DNA of 49,982 bases from a virus. A program made the translations under genes and the position numbers. Each line of letters begins with the position of its first letter. Position 1 is the first letter of the stretch. Shown in pieces: positions 25,594 to 34,726 of the stretch. Location of the stretch: the IMG/VR virus record IMGVR_UViG_3300012921_000001, positions 1-49,982 of that record; one strand, written 5' to 3'. The notes under the pieces were generated by a model. The model was given only the letters and a program-made list of their open reading frames with translations. It did not search any database and had not been told where the DNA came from.

Positions 25594-28500
25594 CTAATGT
25601 CCTCTTGCCACTTCTCTCACAGTTCTTCCAATAGGATGACTTGGATCTCTCATCATGTTTGGAATTGCATTGAGCATAAGCGCGATACTGCCGTCAGGCA
25701 TTGTGGTCTGGGTTGCAGTCGCTTTTACGCCAGTGTTATTGATCACATTGATCTTCACTTGCGTTGCTAGCGCTTCCTTCACTTGCCGATTAGGAACAAC
25801 GCTGCCAGGTCCATCAGGCAAAATCCACTCTTCCCCGCGTTCTCCAACTTTCATGGGGCGGTCGCCCTTAAATCTGCCACCGCTCTTGTATCCGAAAAGG
25901 CGCATTGCAGCGGGCATCTGCATCATAGACATGCTTTTGTTTGCCCAGGGCTGAGACATGATTGATTGCATTGCACCAATCATATTGCCATCGCCTTTCC
26001 ACATCGGGCGGCTTGCCAGAACATCACCAAGAATGTTCATGCCCTGCGCTTGGAGCACGCCGGAAGGTGTGAAGTTAGAAGGATTGCCAGCATTGACAAT
26101 CTTGTAACCGTCATAAGCATTCCGAAGTATCTGCTCTACCTGTGGTGGCAGCGTAATATCGGCAAGGTCACCAAAGAGCGGAAAGGCTGCTTGTTGAGTT
26201 GCGCCACCAAACTTGTAGCCGGGAAAAGCAGGATCGTACTTACTGGCCCAGTCGTTTGCAGGATTGAAAATCGACCCATCAGAACGAACAACCGAACCAG
26301 ACGGAAGGCGTGAAATGTCCTGCCAATTTCTTGACTGATCGCCACTAAACGCGCTAGGCGTACCAAGTGGAATAGAGCCACCGCTGATCCTTGCGACGGC
26401 AGAATGATCGCCCATACCTCCACGCAACAAAGGCAACAGATAGCTTCCTAATTGGGATGCTGAGCGAAGGTCACCACCATTGAAAGAGTTGCTAAAAGCG
26501 CTTGCACGATTAGCATCTAACGGGGCTGTGTTGGACACATTACGGTCATAAGTACCGGCGCCCAAAATCAGATCGCCACCGCCCATGCCACTACTTACAA
26601 GCCCGAAAGACTGAGCGCTCATACGCTGGCTTGGATCGTATTCGCCCCATAGCGCAGAGTTTAGATAACGTCTCGGGTCGTTTCTTTGACCGCCCCACAT
26701 GTAGGAAGCTTCATTAGCTTCTGCCCAGGCAGATTGTGCTTCGAATTGCTGGCGACTGAACAGCTGACCGGTGAAGCCGTTATTTGCGACTATGTCCCGG
26801 TGGCGATTCGCGTGATATTCCAGCTCACGCAACGTATACCAGCTGGGCGCATTCTGATCGCCCCTCTGGAATGCTTGAACGCCGGAATCATACTTGTCTC
26901 GATAGAGACCGCTCAGCATCTGGGAATTGTCGAGCTGGGAGATCATCCCACCGCCCGAATAGCCACCGCGCCCGCCAGAGTAAACGTCACGCTGAGTCCA
27001 GGGAATCTGTGACGGTCCAGAGGCACCCGTCATCATTGCCGGTGGCATTCCAAGTCCACTACCCATGCCACCGCCGAAGCCACCACCTAACAGACTTTGC
27101 AGAAGCATGTACATCTGCGAAATCTGACTGTTCATGATGTAGCCATCTACACCAGGAAAGAACAGTTCAGTGCCCCGTTCTCCGACTTTTCGGGGGCCCA
27201 TACCAGTGTTGTAGTTGCCGCCCTGGGCAAAGCCGAGTATGCCAGCCAAGCCTCTCATTAGAATGCCGTCCAGCATTCCATTGGCTACGCCGGATGCTCT
27301 TCCCATGATGTAGCTACCGAAGCCACCAATAGAGACACCACCGGCACCGCCAGCCTGACCACCAGTGCCAGCCGCTTGCACTGTCGCATTCTTGAAAGTT
27401 GCACCATCAAGAATTGGTTTCTTAAAGCTGGAAGTGTCGAACCATGAAGTCTTGAAGAAACCGCGACTGCCTACGATGCTTCTAAATTCTGCGTCAAAGA
27501 AAAGCGAGTCAAAGAAATCATCTTTCTTGTGGCGTGAATTCTCAAAGTAGGCAGATGGAAGCAGAGACTCATAGAATGTGGCAATCGGCAGACGTGCACC
27601 ACGGAACATAGGCAGCGTGAAATCTGCCTTGTCGATTTCCGGACGGTTTAACGTGACTTGTTTTACACTCGCTGGGTCTGCCAACATAAGCGGCAAATTT
27701 GCAACAGGAAGCGAAACGCCAGAAGGTGCACCGGCTGCCACATTCGAAGCGCCGGCAGCCGCTGCAGAAGCAGCACCAGAGCCGGTGGCTAATCCTTTGG
27801 AGATACCAGACAGGGCGCCACCAAGCAAGCCACCAGCAGCACCGGCAACAGTAGAGCCTGAACCGCCACCGAAGATGCCACCAGCGATGTTATCGAAGAG
27901 CCTGGCGATCATCTTCTCCAGCGGCGCCAGCACGAAACGCTTCGCTGCTAGATTGCCCAGGTCAATACCAAGCTGACGGAAGCTCTGACCCAGGGTCTGA
28001 CTTCCCCTAAACATGTTGCTAAACGCGCCGGTGACAGAGCTTGCAAAACTCCTGGCGCTGGCTGAACCATCTTTACTGGATGTGCGGATCTTTCTCAGAG
28101 CATCGTCATATTGCTCTGCTGTGATTTTTCCATCGGCAAGAGCTTCAGAAAGCTCCTGTACTTTCTCTTTGTACTTGTGCGTAGAACCAGTGATCTCATC
28201 AATGAGATCTTTCTGGTCGGAGAGAGCCTGCTTCGCTTCCTTTGTCTTTTGCTGCTCTTCATCCACCTGCTTGAGAAGGGCAACGCGCTTCTCAATGGTT
28301 GTATTTATGTCGGCTTCAATCTGCCGCTTCTTCTCCAGCGCACCAGCATTGGCGGCGTCACGTTCAAGCAGCTGATTAACTGACTCAAGAGCTTCACGCT
28401 GAGCGTCCAGGTGCTTGGCAGTGCGCTCCTCAATGTCGCTCCTGGCATTCAGGAAGGGAGCTAACTCCTGCTGACCCTTGAGCTGGCGCTCCAGATCTTC

Positions 28501-30369
28501 CCGGTGCTGCTTCAAACCCGCAACGCCGTCACCAACCGACTGGTTATAGGCGGTTGTTTTCTCGGTCAGGTCTTTGTAGATCTCAGCAGCGTCTTGAGCG
28601 ATAGCATTCTTCTTCGCTTGCTCAACCAGATCCAGCGCCTGCTCGTGCTTGCCTGCAACTTCGGTACTTCCTTTGTTGCCTTTGGCTATAAGCTGCTTCA
28701 GCTCATGCTCAAGCTTCAGCGCCTGGTTTAAGTTTGTCCGGCCTTTTACTTCTTCACTGACCAGAGCCAGCTGATCTTTTGTCTTCTTAATGAATTCATC
28801 AATGTGCAGATTGGCTTCTTTCTGCTCTTTACGCTCTTTTTCGAAGCCTTGCTGCTTTCTGATTTCCGCATATGCAAGAGAAAGATCTTTCAGTGCAGCT
28901 TTCTTCTGCGTGGCACTGAGTGTGGTGGCTTCAATTTCCCGCTTCTCACGGTCGTACTGGCGCGCCAGCTCATCCATTCCCTGGGTGACTTGTCGAAGCT
29001 CCAGGGCTTCTTCTTTGCGCTTCGCAACAAGCAGCTCAACGTGTTTCAGATCACTTTCGTAATCTTTCTGAGCTTTAGACTTTTTCTCTTTGTCGTCCTT
29101 ACCGGTGAAATTGTAAGGATCTACACGCTTTGGAAATCCCTGAGAAGCCATATCTGCCGCACTTGGCAGATAGTCTGGGTCCCAGCCAAGCCGCTTCATG
29201 TGAGCAGCCCGGTTCTTCCTCAGTTCTTCCTGATAGAGACGCTCATTCTTGCCGCTGTCCTTGTAGTGGACAGTTCCGTATTTATCACGGGTTTCAACCA
29301 GGTTGCCTGGGTCGAAGATTCGATCAGCCTTGTGCCAGCCCGCTCTAAGGTCATCGTTAAACCTAGCTGCATCAGCAAAGAATTTGCCAGTTGCAGTCAG
29401 TGGTGAGCCGTCAGAACGCTTCTGCCCAGTGGCAGTGTTATTCCACTTAACGAATTCCTCACCGGCTCTGGTGATAGACTTCGCCAGATTCTCAAACTCG
29501 TGTGCAAGCTTATTGGTGAGACCAATGCTCTTATCAATCTTTCCGACTGTGACGGTCAGAGAGTTGGTAATTTGCTGGAAGGCACCAGCCATGGTGCTGC
29601 CGACAGCTTGATATTTCTTGTTGACGTCATCCGCCGACTTCATCAACAGGTCATAGAGATCCTTTGATGCAACCTTGCCGTCTTTAACCAGCTTCCTAAG
29701 CTGACCTAGACTGATACCGGCAGCAGCAGCGATCTGGTTTGCGAGGCCGGGAAGGTTATCGGAAATCTGCCGGAATTCATCCGCCTGGACGTTGCCGGAG
29801 GCAAGAGCCTGAGTCAAACCTCTCAAGCCGTTTGCCATGTCCATTGGACCGGCGCCGCTGATTTTGCCCAGCTTCTGGACAATGTCCGTCATCTTGAGCA
29901 GGTCATTAGTAGTGGCGCCCAGGTCTTTGCCAACCGCTGTTAAATTCTGGAAGGCCGTGACCGAATCTTCAAACGAAGCTTTGTTTTTCTGACTGATTTC
30001 ATACAGACCATTAAAGACCCGATTGAATTCAGCCTGTGAATTGGTGGCTACTTTGATCTTTGCGTCGATGCCCGAGAAAGCATCAGAAAGCTTTGAAGCC
30101 TCCCCAATCGCGCGGGTTGCAGTAACACCCGCAAAAAGAGTCGCGAGAGAGCCGCCAAGAACTTTGGCAGCTCTCCCCATTTTGTCGAAGTGCCCAATAA
30201 CTTGGTTATGGGTACGCTCTGTAGATTTTGCAACGCCTTCAAGGTGGCGCTGCATCTCTTTGGCTGTAGAACGAAGTGTACTCTCACCGCGCTTAATCTC
30301 TGAGCTGAACTGAGCCAACTCAGCCTTCAGCTCAAGGACCGCACCGCCAACAGTTTCATTCCTCGCCAT
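25594..30369 (-). CDS. tail tape measure protein (1591 aa)
   Basis: It follows the G/GT chaperones. It has a long coiled-coil N-terminal half and Gly-rich segments. Two copies of the lambda-TMP-type motif are present: KVGERGTELFFPGVDGYIMN and KVGERGEEWILPDGPGSVVPN. Confidence 0.9.
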   Translation of the reverse strand: MARNETVGGAVLELKAELAQFSSEIKRGESTLRSTAKEMQRHLEGVAKSTERTHNQVIGHFDKMGRAAKVLGGSLATLFAGVTATRAIGEASKLSDAFSGIDAKIKVATNSQAEFNRVFNGLYEISQKNKASFEDSVTAFQNLTAVGKDLGATTNDLLKMTDIVQKLGKISGAGPMDMANGLRGLTQALASGNVQADEFRQISDNLPGLANQIAAAAGISLGQLRKLVKDGKVASKDLYDLLMKSADDVNKKYQAVGSTMAGAFQQITNSLTVTVGKIDKSIGLTNKLAHEFENLAKSITRAGEEFVKWNNTATGQKRSDGSPLTATGKFFADAARFNDDLRAGWHKADRIFDPGNLVETRDKYGTVHYKDSGKNERLYQEELRKNRAAHMKRLGWDPDYLPSAADMASQGFPKRVDPYNFTGKDDKEKKSKAQKDYESDLKHVELLVAKRKEEALELRQVTQGMDELARQYDREKREIEATTLSATQKKAALKDLSLAYAEIRKQQGFEKERKEQKEANLHIDEFIKKTKDQLALVSEEVKGRTNLNQALKLEHELKQLIAKGNKGSTEVAGKHEQALDLVEQAKKNAIAQDAAEIYKDLTEKTTAYNQSVGDGVAGLKQHREDLERQLKGQQELAPFLNARSDIEERTAKHLDAQREALESVNQLLERDAANAGALEKKRQIEADINTTIEKRVALLKQVDEEQQKTKEAKQALSDQKDLIDEITGSTHKYKEKVQELSEALADGKITAEQYDDALRKIRTSSKDGSASARSFASSVTGAFSNMFRGSQTLGQSFRQLGIDLGNLAAKRFVLAPLEKMIARLFDNIAGGIFGGGSGSTVAGAAGGLLGGALSGISKGLATGSGAASAAAAGASNVAAGAPSGVSLPVANLPLMLADPASVKQVTLNRPEIDKADFTLPMFRGARLPIATFYESLLPSAYFENSRHKKDDFFDSLFFDAEFRSIVGSRGFFKTSWFDTSSFKKPILDGATFKNATVQAAGTGGQAGGAGGVSIGGFGSYIMGRASGVANGMLDGILMRGLAGILGFAQGGNYNTGMGPRKVGERGTELFFPGVDGYIMNSQISQMYMLLQSLLGGGFGGGMGSGLGMPPAMMTGASGPSQIPWTQRDVYSGGRGGYSGGGMISQLDNSQMLSGLYRDKYDSGVQAFQRGDQNAPSWYTLRELEYHANRHRDIVANNGFTGQLFSRQQFEAQSAWAEANEASYMWGGQRNDPRRYLNSALWGEYDPSQRMSAQSFGLVSSGMGGGDLILGAGTYDRNVSNTAPLDANRASAFSNSFNGGDLRSASQLGSYLLPLLRGGMGDHSAVARISGGSIPLGTPSAFSGDQSRNWQDISRLPSGSVVRSDGSIFNPANDWASKYDPAFPGYKFGGATQQAAFPLFGDLADITLPPQVEQILRNAYDGYKIVNAGNPSNFTPSGVLQAQGMNILGDVLASRPMWKGDGNMIGAMQSIMSQPWANKSMSMMQMPAAMRLFGYKSGGRFKGDRPMKVGERGEEWILPDGPGSVVPNRQVKEALATQVKINVINNTGVKATATQTTMPDGSIALMLNAIPNMMRDPSHPIGRTVREVARGH

Positions 30370-31179
30370 CGTCTACTTCCGCCTTTTGGGCTTTTTGCAA
30401 AGCCGCGTTAGCGATCAAGTCATTAAAGTCATCGACCGCATCGCGAAGCCTCACAGCTGCTTCGTCCTTCCCGAAGTACTTCTTGAAGCGCTGTATTTGC
30501 TGCTTCACAGACTCCCACCTAAGACCAAATGGCGAGGCGGTATAGAAGTGCCACGGACGAACCGGGTCAGGATCAGCCATCACTCTTTCAACGGTCTCGC
30601 AGATTGTGCCTGCCATCTCACGCTGAAAGTCTTGACCAGTGCCGATCAGTTTCTCTACCGCCCGCCATTCAAACCAGAGTTTGACTGAAGGTATCTCTTT
30701 GATTAGCTGATCGGGGTCAGCTCTTCCAAGCCTTCTGGCGAGGATGAAGAGATCGAGTCTGGGGGAGTCTCGGAGTTTTTTGCAATCTCCTCAATGACTT
30801 CTTCAGCATCACCTTCAACATCTGGCGGCAGTTCATGCAGCTCTCTTGCTGCTCTTACCAGCGCCTTATTTGCAGAGATGCTCAAGTTACCGAGCCGCTC
30901 ATATCCACGCTGCATACTTGCTTTCGGATAGATACGATCACCGTCACCATCCACGAGCATTGCAACCAACATGGAAATTTCATAGCTATATGGCGGTTCA
31001 CGAAGCTCTTCAGCTTTTCTGTTTTGCTCTGCGCACCACTCTTCAGCCTCGAAAGCTTCGGCTGAAGTCAGATTCTGCAATCTGACATGACCGGGTCCGA
31101 TGTTCACCAGCTTGAACTTACGATCATCGAGTGCTTCCAGCTCTTCAAAAGTCATAGGTGTTGGTTCTTGCTTACTCAC
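30356..31179 (-). CDS. tail assembly chaperone frameshift product (gpGT analogue), made by -1 slippage at 30775..30781
   Basis: I translated the -1 frame from the slippery site. It is open with no stops and runs in-frame into track ORF 30356..30616 (…AKKLRDSPRLDLFILARRLGRADPDQLIKEIPSVKLWFEWRAVEKLIGTGQDFQREMAGTICE…). Confidence 0.7.
30703..31179 (-). CDS. tail assembly chaperone (gpG analogue)
   Basis: It lies between the major tail and tape measure genes. GTG 31179 lies 4 nt after GGGGGAG (the track start is 31206). Acidic C-terminus. Confidence 0.7.
   Translation of the reverse strand: MSKQEPTPMTFEELEALDDRKFKLVNIGPGHVRLQNLTSAEAFEAEEWCAEQNRKAEELREPPYSYEISMLVAMLVDGDGDRIYPKASMQRGYERLGNLSISANKALVRAARELHELPPDVEGDAEEVIEEIAKNSETPPDSISSSSPEGLEELTPIS
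30775..30781 (-). promoter_or_regulatory. -1 programmed ribosomal frameshift heptamer A AAA AAC
   Basis: On the minus strand the zero-frame reads GCA AAA AAC, which fits X XXY YYZ. Confidence 0.65.
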
Positions 31180-31237
31180 GATACTCCCCCTTTCTAGGCT
31201 GCCCATGCAGCAATTACTTCAGTACAAACAGTTAGAC

Positions 31238-31672
31238 TTAAGCAGCAGTTGCGTAAGTCAATGCACCGCGCGGTGTGATGGTTACACGAGTCATGATCAA
31301 GCCCTTCGCTTGAACAGCTTCGCCAATCTGAGTGACCTTGCCTTCAAACTGGCGTGCTTTGCCAGTTCTTAGTTGCACTTGCCAGAAGCGAAGAGTGTCA
31401 TTTGCGAAATCGTTGAGAATACCCGTGATTTCATCGTGCGTTGCGTTGCCCGGCTCAAAGTACAGATCGAATGTGACCGGCTGGATCGTTCTCACAGTGG
31501 TCTCATTGGTTGTCCAGTCGCCCGGCAAATCGAGATCAGAAGTGTCTTCTGTCTCCCATTGAATATCGAATTGAATATTTTTCGCCTTTGTGATCTGGGT
31601 GTAAGCGCCAGATCCATTGGACGCGTAAACGTCCTGTCTCTTGAGCTTTGCGCCCGTTGCTTTAGTAGCCAT
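31238..31672 (-). CDS. major tail (tube) protein
   Basis: 144 aa, immediately upstream of the chaperones. QWETEDTSDLDLPGDW…FEGKVTQIGE…VTITPRG fits the pattern of small siphovirus tube proteins. Confidence 0.7.
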   Translation of the reverse strand: MATKATGAKLKRQDVYASNGSGAYTQITKAKNIQFDIQWETEDTSDLDLPGDWTTNETTVRTIQPVTFDLYFEPGNATHDEITGILNDFANDTLRFWQVQLRTGKARQFEGKVTQIGEAVQAKGLIMTRVTITPRGALTYATAA

Positions 31673-31746
31673 GTGTCAAACTCCTCTTCAATGCGGCTGC
31701 CAAACTGACACCGCCAGTAGTGATACGCGTTTTGTTTTACGAGTCG

Positions 31747-32196
31747 CTAGGGTGTGTTCGGATTGGTCGGACGAATAAAGAGAACTTTCACAGCAGCGTT
31801 ACTGCCGGTGTAATAAAGCTTTCCATCATTCTGCCGCCAGCCCTTCAAGGTCACAGGACCAATCAAGGCGAATTCGCCAGCTCCGAGCGTGTAAGTAATG
31901 TCACCAGTTCTGCCCAGGTCGTCTGCAACAGAAGTGAAGGTGACGGTGTAGTTAGAACCGCCCGAGTTCTGGATTAAAGCGCACATCCCGGCTTCGAGAG
32001 TGACACTGTTGTTATTTACGGTATCGACCGCCGTAAGAGTTACGTCAGCAGAATCAGCGGCAATAGTGCCTTGATTCATGTTCTTCGGTAAAACGGAAGC
32101 CACATCTGTTCTAACAGCCAAAGCGCTTTGCGCACCAAATGTGATGGCACACAAAGCCGCCAACAGACCGGCGCTCAAGTGCTTACTGTTTCTCAT
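31747..32196 (-). CDS. secreted beta-rich protein embedded in the tail module (moron-like)
   Basis: MRNSKHLSAGLLAALCAITFGAQSALA-VRTD is a canonical Sec signal peptide. A strong GGAGG Shine-Dalgarno lies 4 nt before the ATG. The gene has its own flanking gaps (9 and 74 nt). Confidence 0.65.
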   Translation of the reverse strand: MRNSKHLSAGLLAALCAITFGAQSALAVRTDVASVLPKNMNQGTIAADSADVTLTAVDTVNNNSVTLEAGMCALIQNSGGSNYTVTFTSVADDLGRTGDITYTLGAGEFALIGPVTLKGWRQNDGKLYYTGSNAAVKVLFIRPTNPNTP

Positions 32197-32204
32197 AGAC
32201 CCTC

Positions 32205-32627
32205 CTAATTTGCGTCAGCTCTTTTGAAACTGATCAACAAAGTAAGTATCCGGTGATAGAGGTCTATAGTTTCTTCTGGCTCTTCTTCCGTGTCTGAAAT
32301 AAAGCTACACTCGGTGATTTCAACGTTTGCGACTGTTCCCGTGTGACCAATCAAACGATTGCAAATGGCAGCGCTGATCGCAATTCCTTCATCATCGTTT
32401 TGAGCAACGATGTTGAATCTAACTTCTGCTTCCCAGTCTCCAGTGTGACCATCCAGGTCATACTCACCGTCGTTAACTTCGATGAAATACACTACAGATG
32501 GTGGCTGCACATCTTGCTCATCGCGCCCTTTGTAAATGCGATCACCGACCAGGTCAATAATCTGCTGGTCTACGCAAAGGTGCATGTATAGGTGAGGTCC
32601 AAGGTTTGGCGGCACGCGTTTAGACAT
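32205..32627 (-). CDS. tail completion/terminator-type protein (DUF3168-like)
   Basis: LCVDQQIIDLVGDRIYKGRDEQDVQPPSVVYF pattern, plus synteny after the gp10-like gene. Confidence 0.55.
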   Translation of the reverse strand: MSKRVPPNLGPHLYMHLCVDQQIIDLVGDRIYKGRDEQDVQPPSVVYFIEVNDGEYDLDGHTGDWEAEVRFNIVAQNDDEGIAISAAICNRLIGHTGTVANVEITECSFISDTEEEPEETIDLYHRILTLLISFKRADAN

Positions 32628-33187
32628 TATGCAAACCTTCTCCTGTATTGAAATTTAGAACGCGCTTCCTGCATGATTTCTGGCAGCTTGTCTCTGATGT
32701 ACTGACAGAAGACAGTGACAATGATCTCTTTCGTCACTTCCAGCGCCCTGGACATGAAGTGTTCACCCTTGATCAACTTCGTGCCGTTCTTGGTTCTGTG
32801 CATCCAGTCACGCTCCAGAATGCCACCATAGAAAGCAGTCACGGCACCTAGCTTCTTCAGTTGTGCAATCGTTGCGGCTTTCGACTTTCTTGCAGCTTTG
32901 CCGAAGATTCTCTTACCTTTCGCCATGCGACGAATGCCGACCAGCACACAGGCTTCAAAGTCTCTATTTCGGACTTTGCCAGCCGCCACTTTGATCGAGC
33001 GCTTCAGGTTGCCTGTCTTCACCAGTCCCATTGTCACCAGGTTTTGAATCACCTGGGCTTTAACGACACCAGCGCACTTGCTCAAAGCGTAGTAAACAAT
33101 ACGCTGCCGATAGAGCTTAGGAGGCTTCAGAAGAGCCTCTGACAGCTCTCTCATGCCGTGCATTTTGACTGTGGAGCTAATTGCCAT
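32627..33187 (-). CDS. HK97 gp10-family head-tail joining protein
   Basis: KTGNLKRSIKV motif, plus position. Confidence 0.6.
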   Translation of the reverse strand: MAISSTVKMHGMRELSEALLKPPKLYRQRIVYYALSKCAGVVKAQVIQNLVTMGLVKTGNLKRSIKVAAGKVRNRDFEACVLVGIRRMAKGKRIFGKAARKSKAATIAQLKKLGAVTAFYGGILERDWMHRTKNGTKLIKGEHFMSRALEVTKEIIVTVFCQYIRDKLPEIMQEARSKFQYRRRFA

Positions 33188-33533
33188 TTTTAGGCACTCT
33201 CCGCTTTGCGGTAATCTCCAGCAGTTCGTTTCTGCACCCTACATCAGAAAAACCGAGGTCTGAATAAATGGCGCCTTTGTACTCGATTTCATCAGACTCT
33301 TTAAGGTCGGTTCTGTACCGAATCGTGAAAACAGACACGCCCGAAGAGATGACCTTTCCACTTTCACGATCCACCTGGGCCTTCAGATCTTTGACGTGCG
33401 CCCAGGCGGTCAGAGTTTTTACAGGCTCTTTGATTGGCGCACCGCCAGCGGTTTTCGACCTTGCCATAAAGCGAAGCACGATCCGCTTATCGCGTGCGCC
33501 AGGATCGATCATCTTTCGTGGAGTAGTCGCCAT
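33177..33533 (-). CDS. head closure / head-tail adaptor protein
   Basis: DKRIVLRF…TLTAWAHVKDL…VFTIRYRTDLKESDEIEYKGAIY pattern typical of the SPP1 gp16/HK97 gp9-type family. Confidence 0.6.
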   Translation of the reverse strand: MATTPRKMIDPGARDKRIVLRFMARSKTAGGAPIKEPVKTLTAWAHVKDLKAQVDRESGKVISSGVSVFTIRYRTDLKESDEIEYKGAIYSDLGFSDVGCRNELLEITAKRRVPKNGN

Positions 33534-34135
33534 TAGCCACCTATCCGAAGATTCATCACCATGTTTTCGAAGCCACCAGGTGAGCCCATCGGCACCACAT
33601 CATCGGGCGAGACAGGCACACGAAGCTCATACCAGAAGGCGACAAGCAACCGCACAAGCCCTTCCACTTCTGGGTCAGGGTGTTTGGTTTTGAAAACTAT
33701 CTTGACGTTATTGAGACCGCCGGTCATAGTTTCAGGCCAGGTCTCACCAGGAGCTGGTTTTATTTCCGCAATGCCCTTGTAAGGGTCAAATTGGAAAGAA
33801 GTGAGCGGCACCACTTCAGAATCAGAACTGACGTATGTGATCGTTGGTGGAGCTTCTTCGGTGTCAATACAACCGCCAACCGGAAGAAATATGGTGCCAT
33901 CACGGGTGACGCCATCCTCTCCCAGCGGGAAGTCTGCATACCGAGCAGTCCATTCCTGCTCAGCAATCGTACTATTCGTCATCCCGTTGACGCGGTTCTC
34001 AGCTTCTTTGATGTATTGCTCTACCAGAGCCTTTTCATCATCGCCATCAATTCTGGAGTGAGCCTGCATATCTTGCCACGTAACGACGGCAGCAGGCGGT
34101 GCACCGGTCTTCACACACGATCTATGTTGTGCCAT
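33533..34135 (-). CDS. gp6-like head-tail connector protein
   Basis: VTWQDMQAHSRIDGDDEKALVEQYIKEAENRVNGMT pattern, plus position after the capsid region. Confidence 0.6.
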   Translation of the reverse strand: MAQHRSCVKTGAPPAAVVTWQDMQAHSRIDGDDEKALVEQYIKEAENRVNGMTNSTIAEQEWTARYADFPLGEDGVTRDGTIFLPVGGCIDTEEAPPTITYVSSDSEVVPLTSFQFDPYKGIAEIKPAPGETWPETMTGGLNNVKIVFKTKHPDPEVEGLVRLLVAFWYELRVPVSPDDVVPMGSPGGFENMVMNLRIGG

Positions 34136-34156
34136 GTTGTTTTACTCCAGGATGCA

Positions 34157-34172
34157 GGGGGCCGAAGCCCCC
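34157..34172 (-). other. GC-rich hairpin with a UUCG tetraloop in the mRNA sense
   Basis: On the minus strand it reads GGGGGC-UUCG-GCCCCC, located between 34216..34674 and the connector gene. No U-tract. Confidence 0.5.
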
Positions 34173-34215
34173 CTTATCCCTGTGCGTTGTGATGCTTCCC
34201 GAGAGGGAAAGCGCT

Positions 34216-34674
34216 TTATGCCAGCAAGCTGGGCTTGTCGGACACTTGCGGATTGAAGCCAAGAACAATCATGCTGCCCTTGATCGGTTCATCCGCAACT
34301 TCCGTGCCGTTGACGAAAACGAAAGGTTTATCATCCGGGCACTGACGCTGTCTGACTTCGATAATCACCAGGCCGGTTGTATTCGGCGCGGTGGTGACAC
34401 CATTCGCTGCAACGGCTTCGGCAATCGCGCTCTCAACTTCAGCCAGTTTAGTGAAGTAGTGAAACTTGATATTTACCGGGTTGTCTTTAGCGACGTTGTC
34501 GGCAGCTTTCACCAGCAACTTACCTGAGCCGACTGTGCCGGTCTTGGTGTAGTTGAAGACGAACACGAGCTTTTCGTAGTTTGCGATATTGAAGCCCGCG
34601 GTATTGAAGCCACCATTGAACACATCCACAGCAGGCACAAGTGCCTCTAACGGTGTGACTCTTTCAAATTCCAT
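34216..34674 (-). CDS. hypothetical structural protein downstream of the capsid gene (decoration/accessory?)
   Basis: 152-aa ORF with AGGAGA Shine-Dalgarno upstream. Called by position only. Confidence 0.55.
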   Translation of the reverse strand: MEFERVTPLEALVPAVDVFNGGFNTAGFNIANYEKLVFVFNYTKTGTVGSGKLLVKAADNVAKDNPVNIKFHYFTKLAEVESAIAEAVAANGVTTAPNTTGLVIIEVRQRQCPDDKPFVFVNGTEVADEPIKGSMIVLGFNPQVSDKPSLLA

Positions 34675-34726
34675 GGTTTTATCTCCTATGAGAAGTAATG
34701 CTGTTGCGATGTCTAATTCAGAAGAA

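Noticed and set aside
28804-29406. 200-aa plus-strand ORF, and several 60-130-aa plus ORFs between 25655 and 30313
   Set aside because: All lie inside, and antisense to, the tape measure gene. They have Leu/Phe/Ser-rich compositions typical of antisense coiled-coil coding DNA.
33680-34192. 170-aa plus-strand ORF
   Set aside because: It is antisense to the gp6-like connector gene and crosses the intergenic hairpin. It has no start context.
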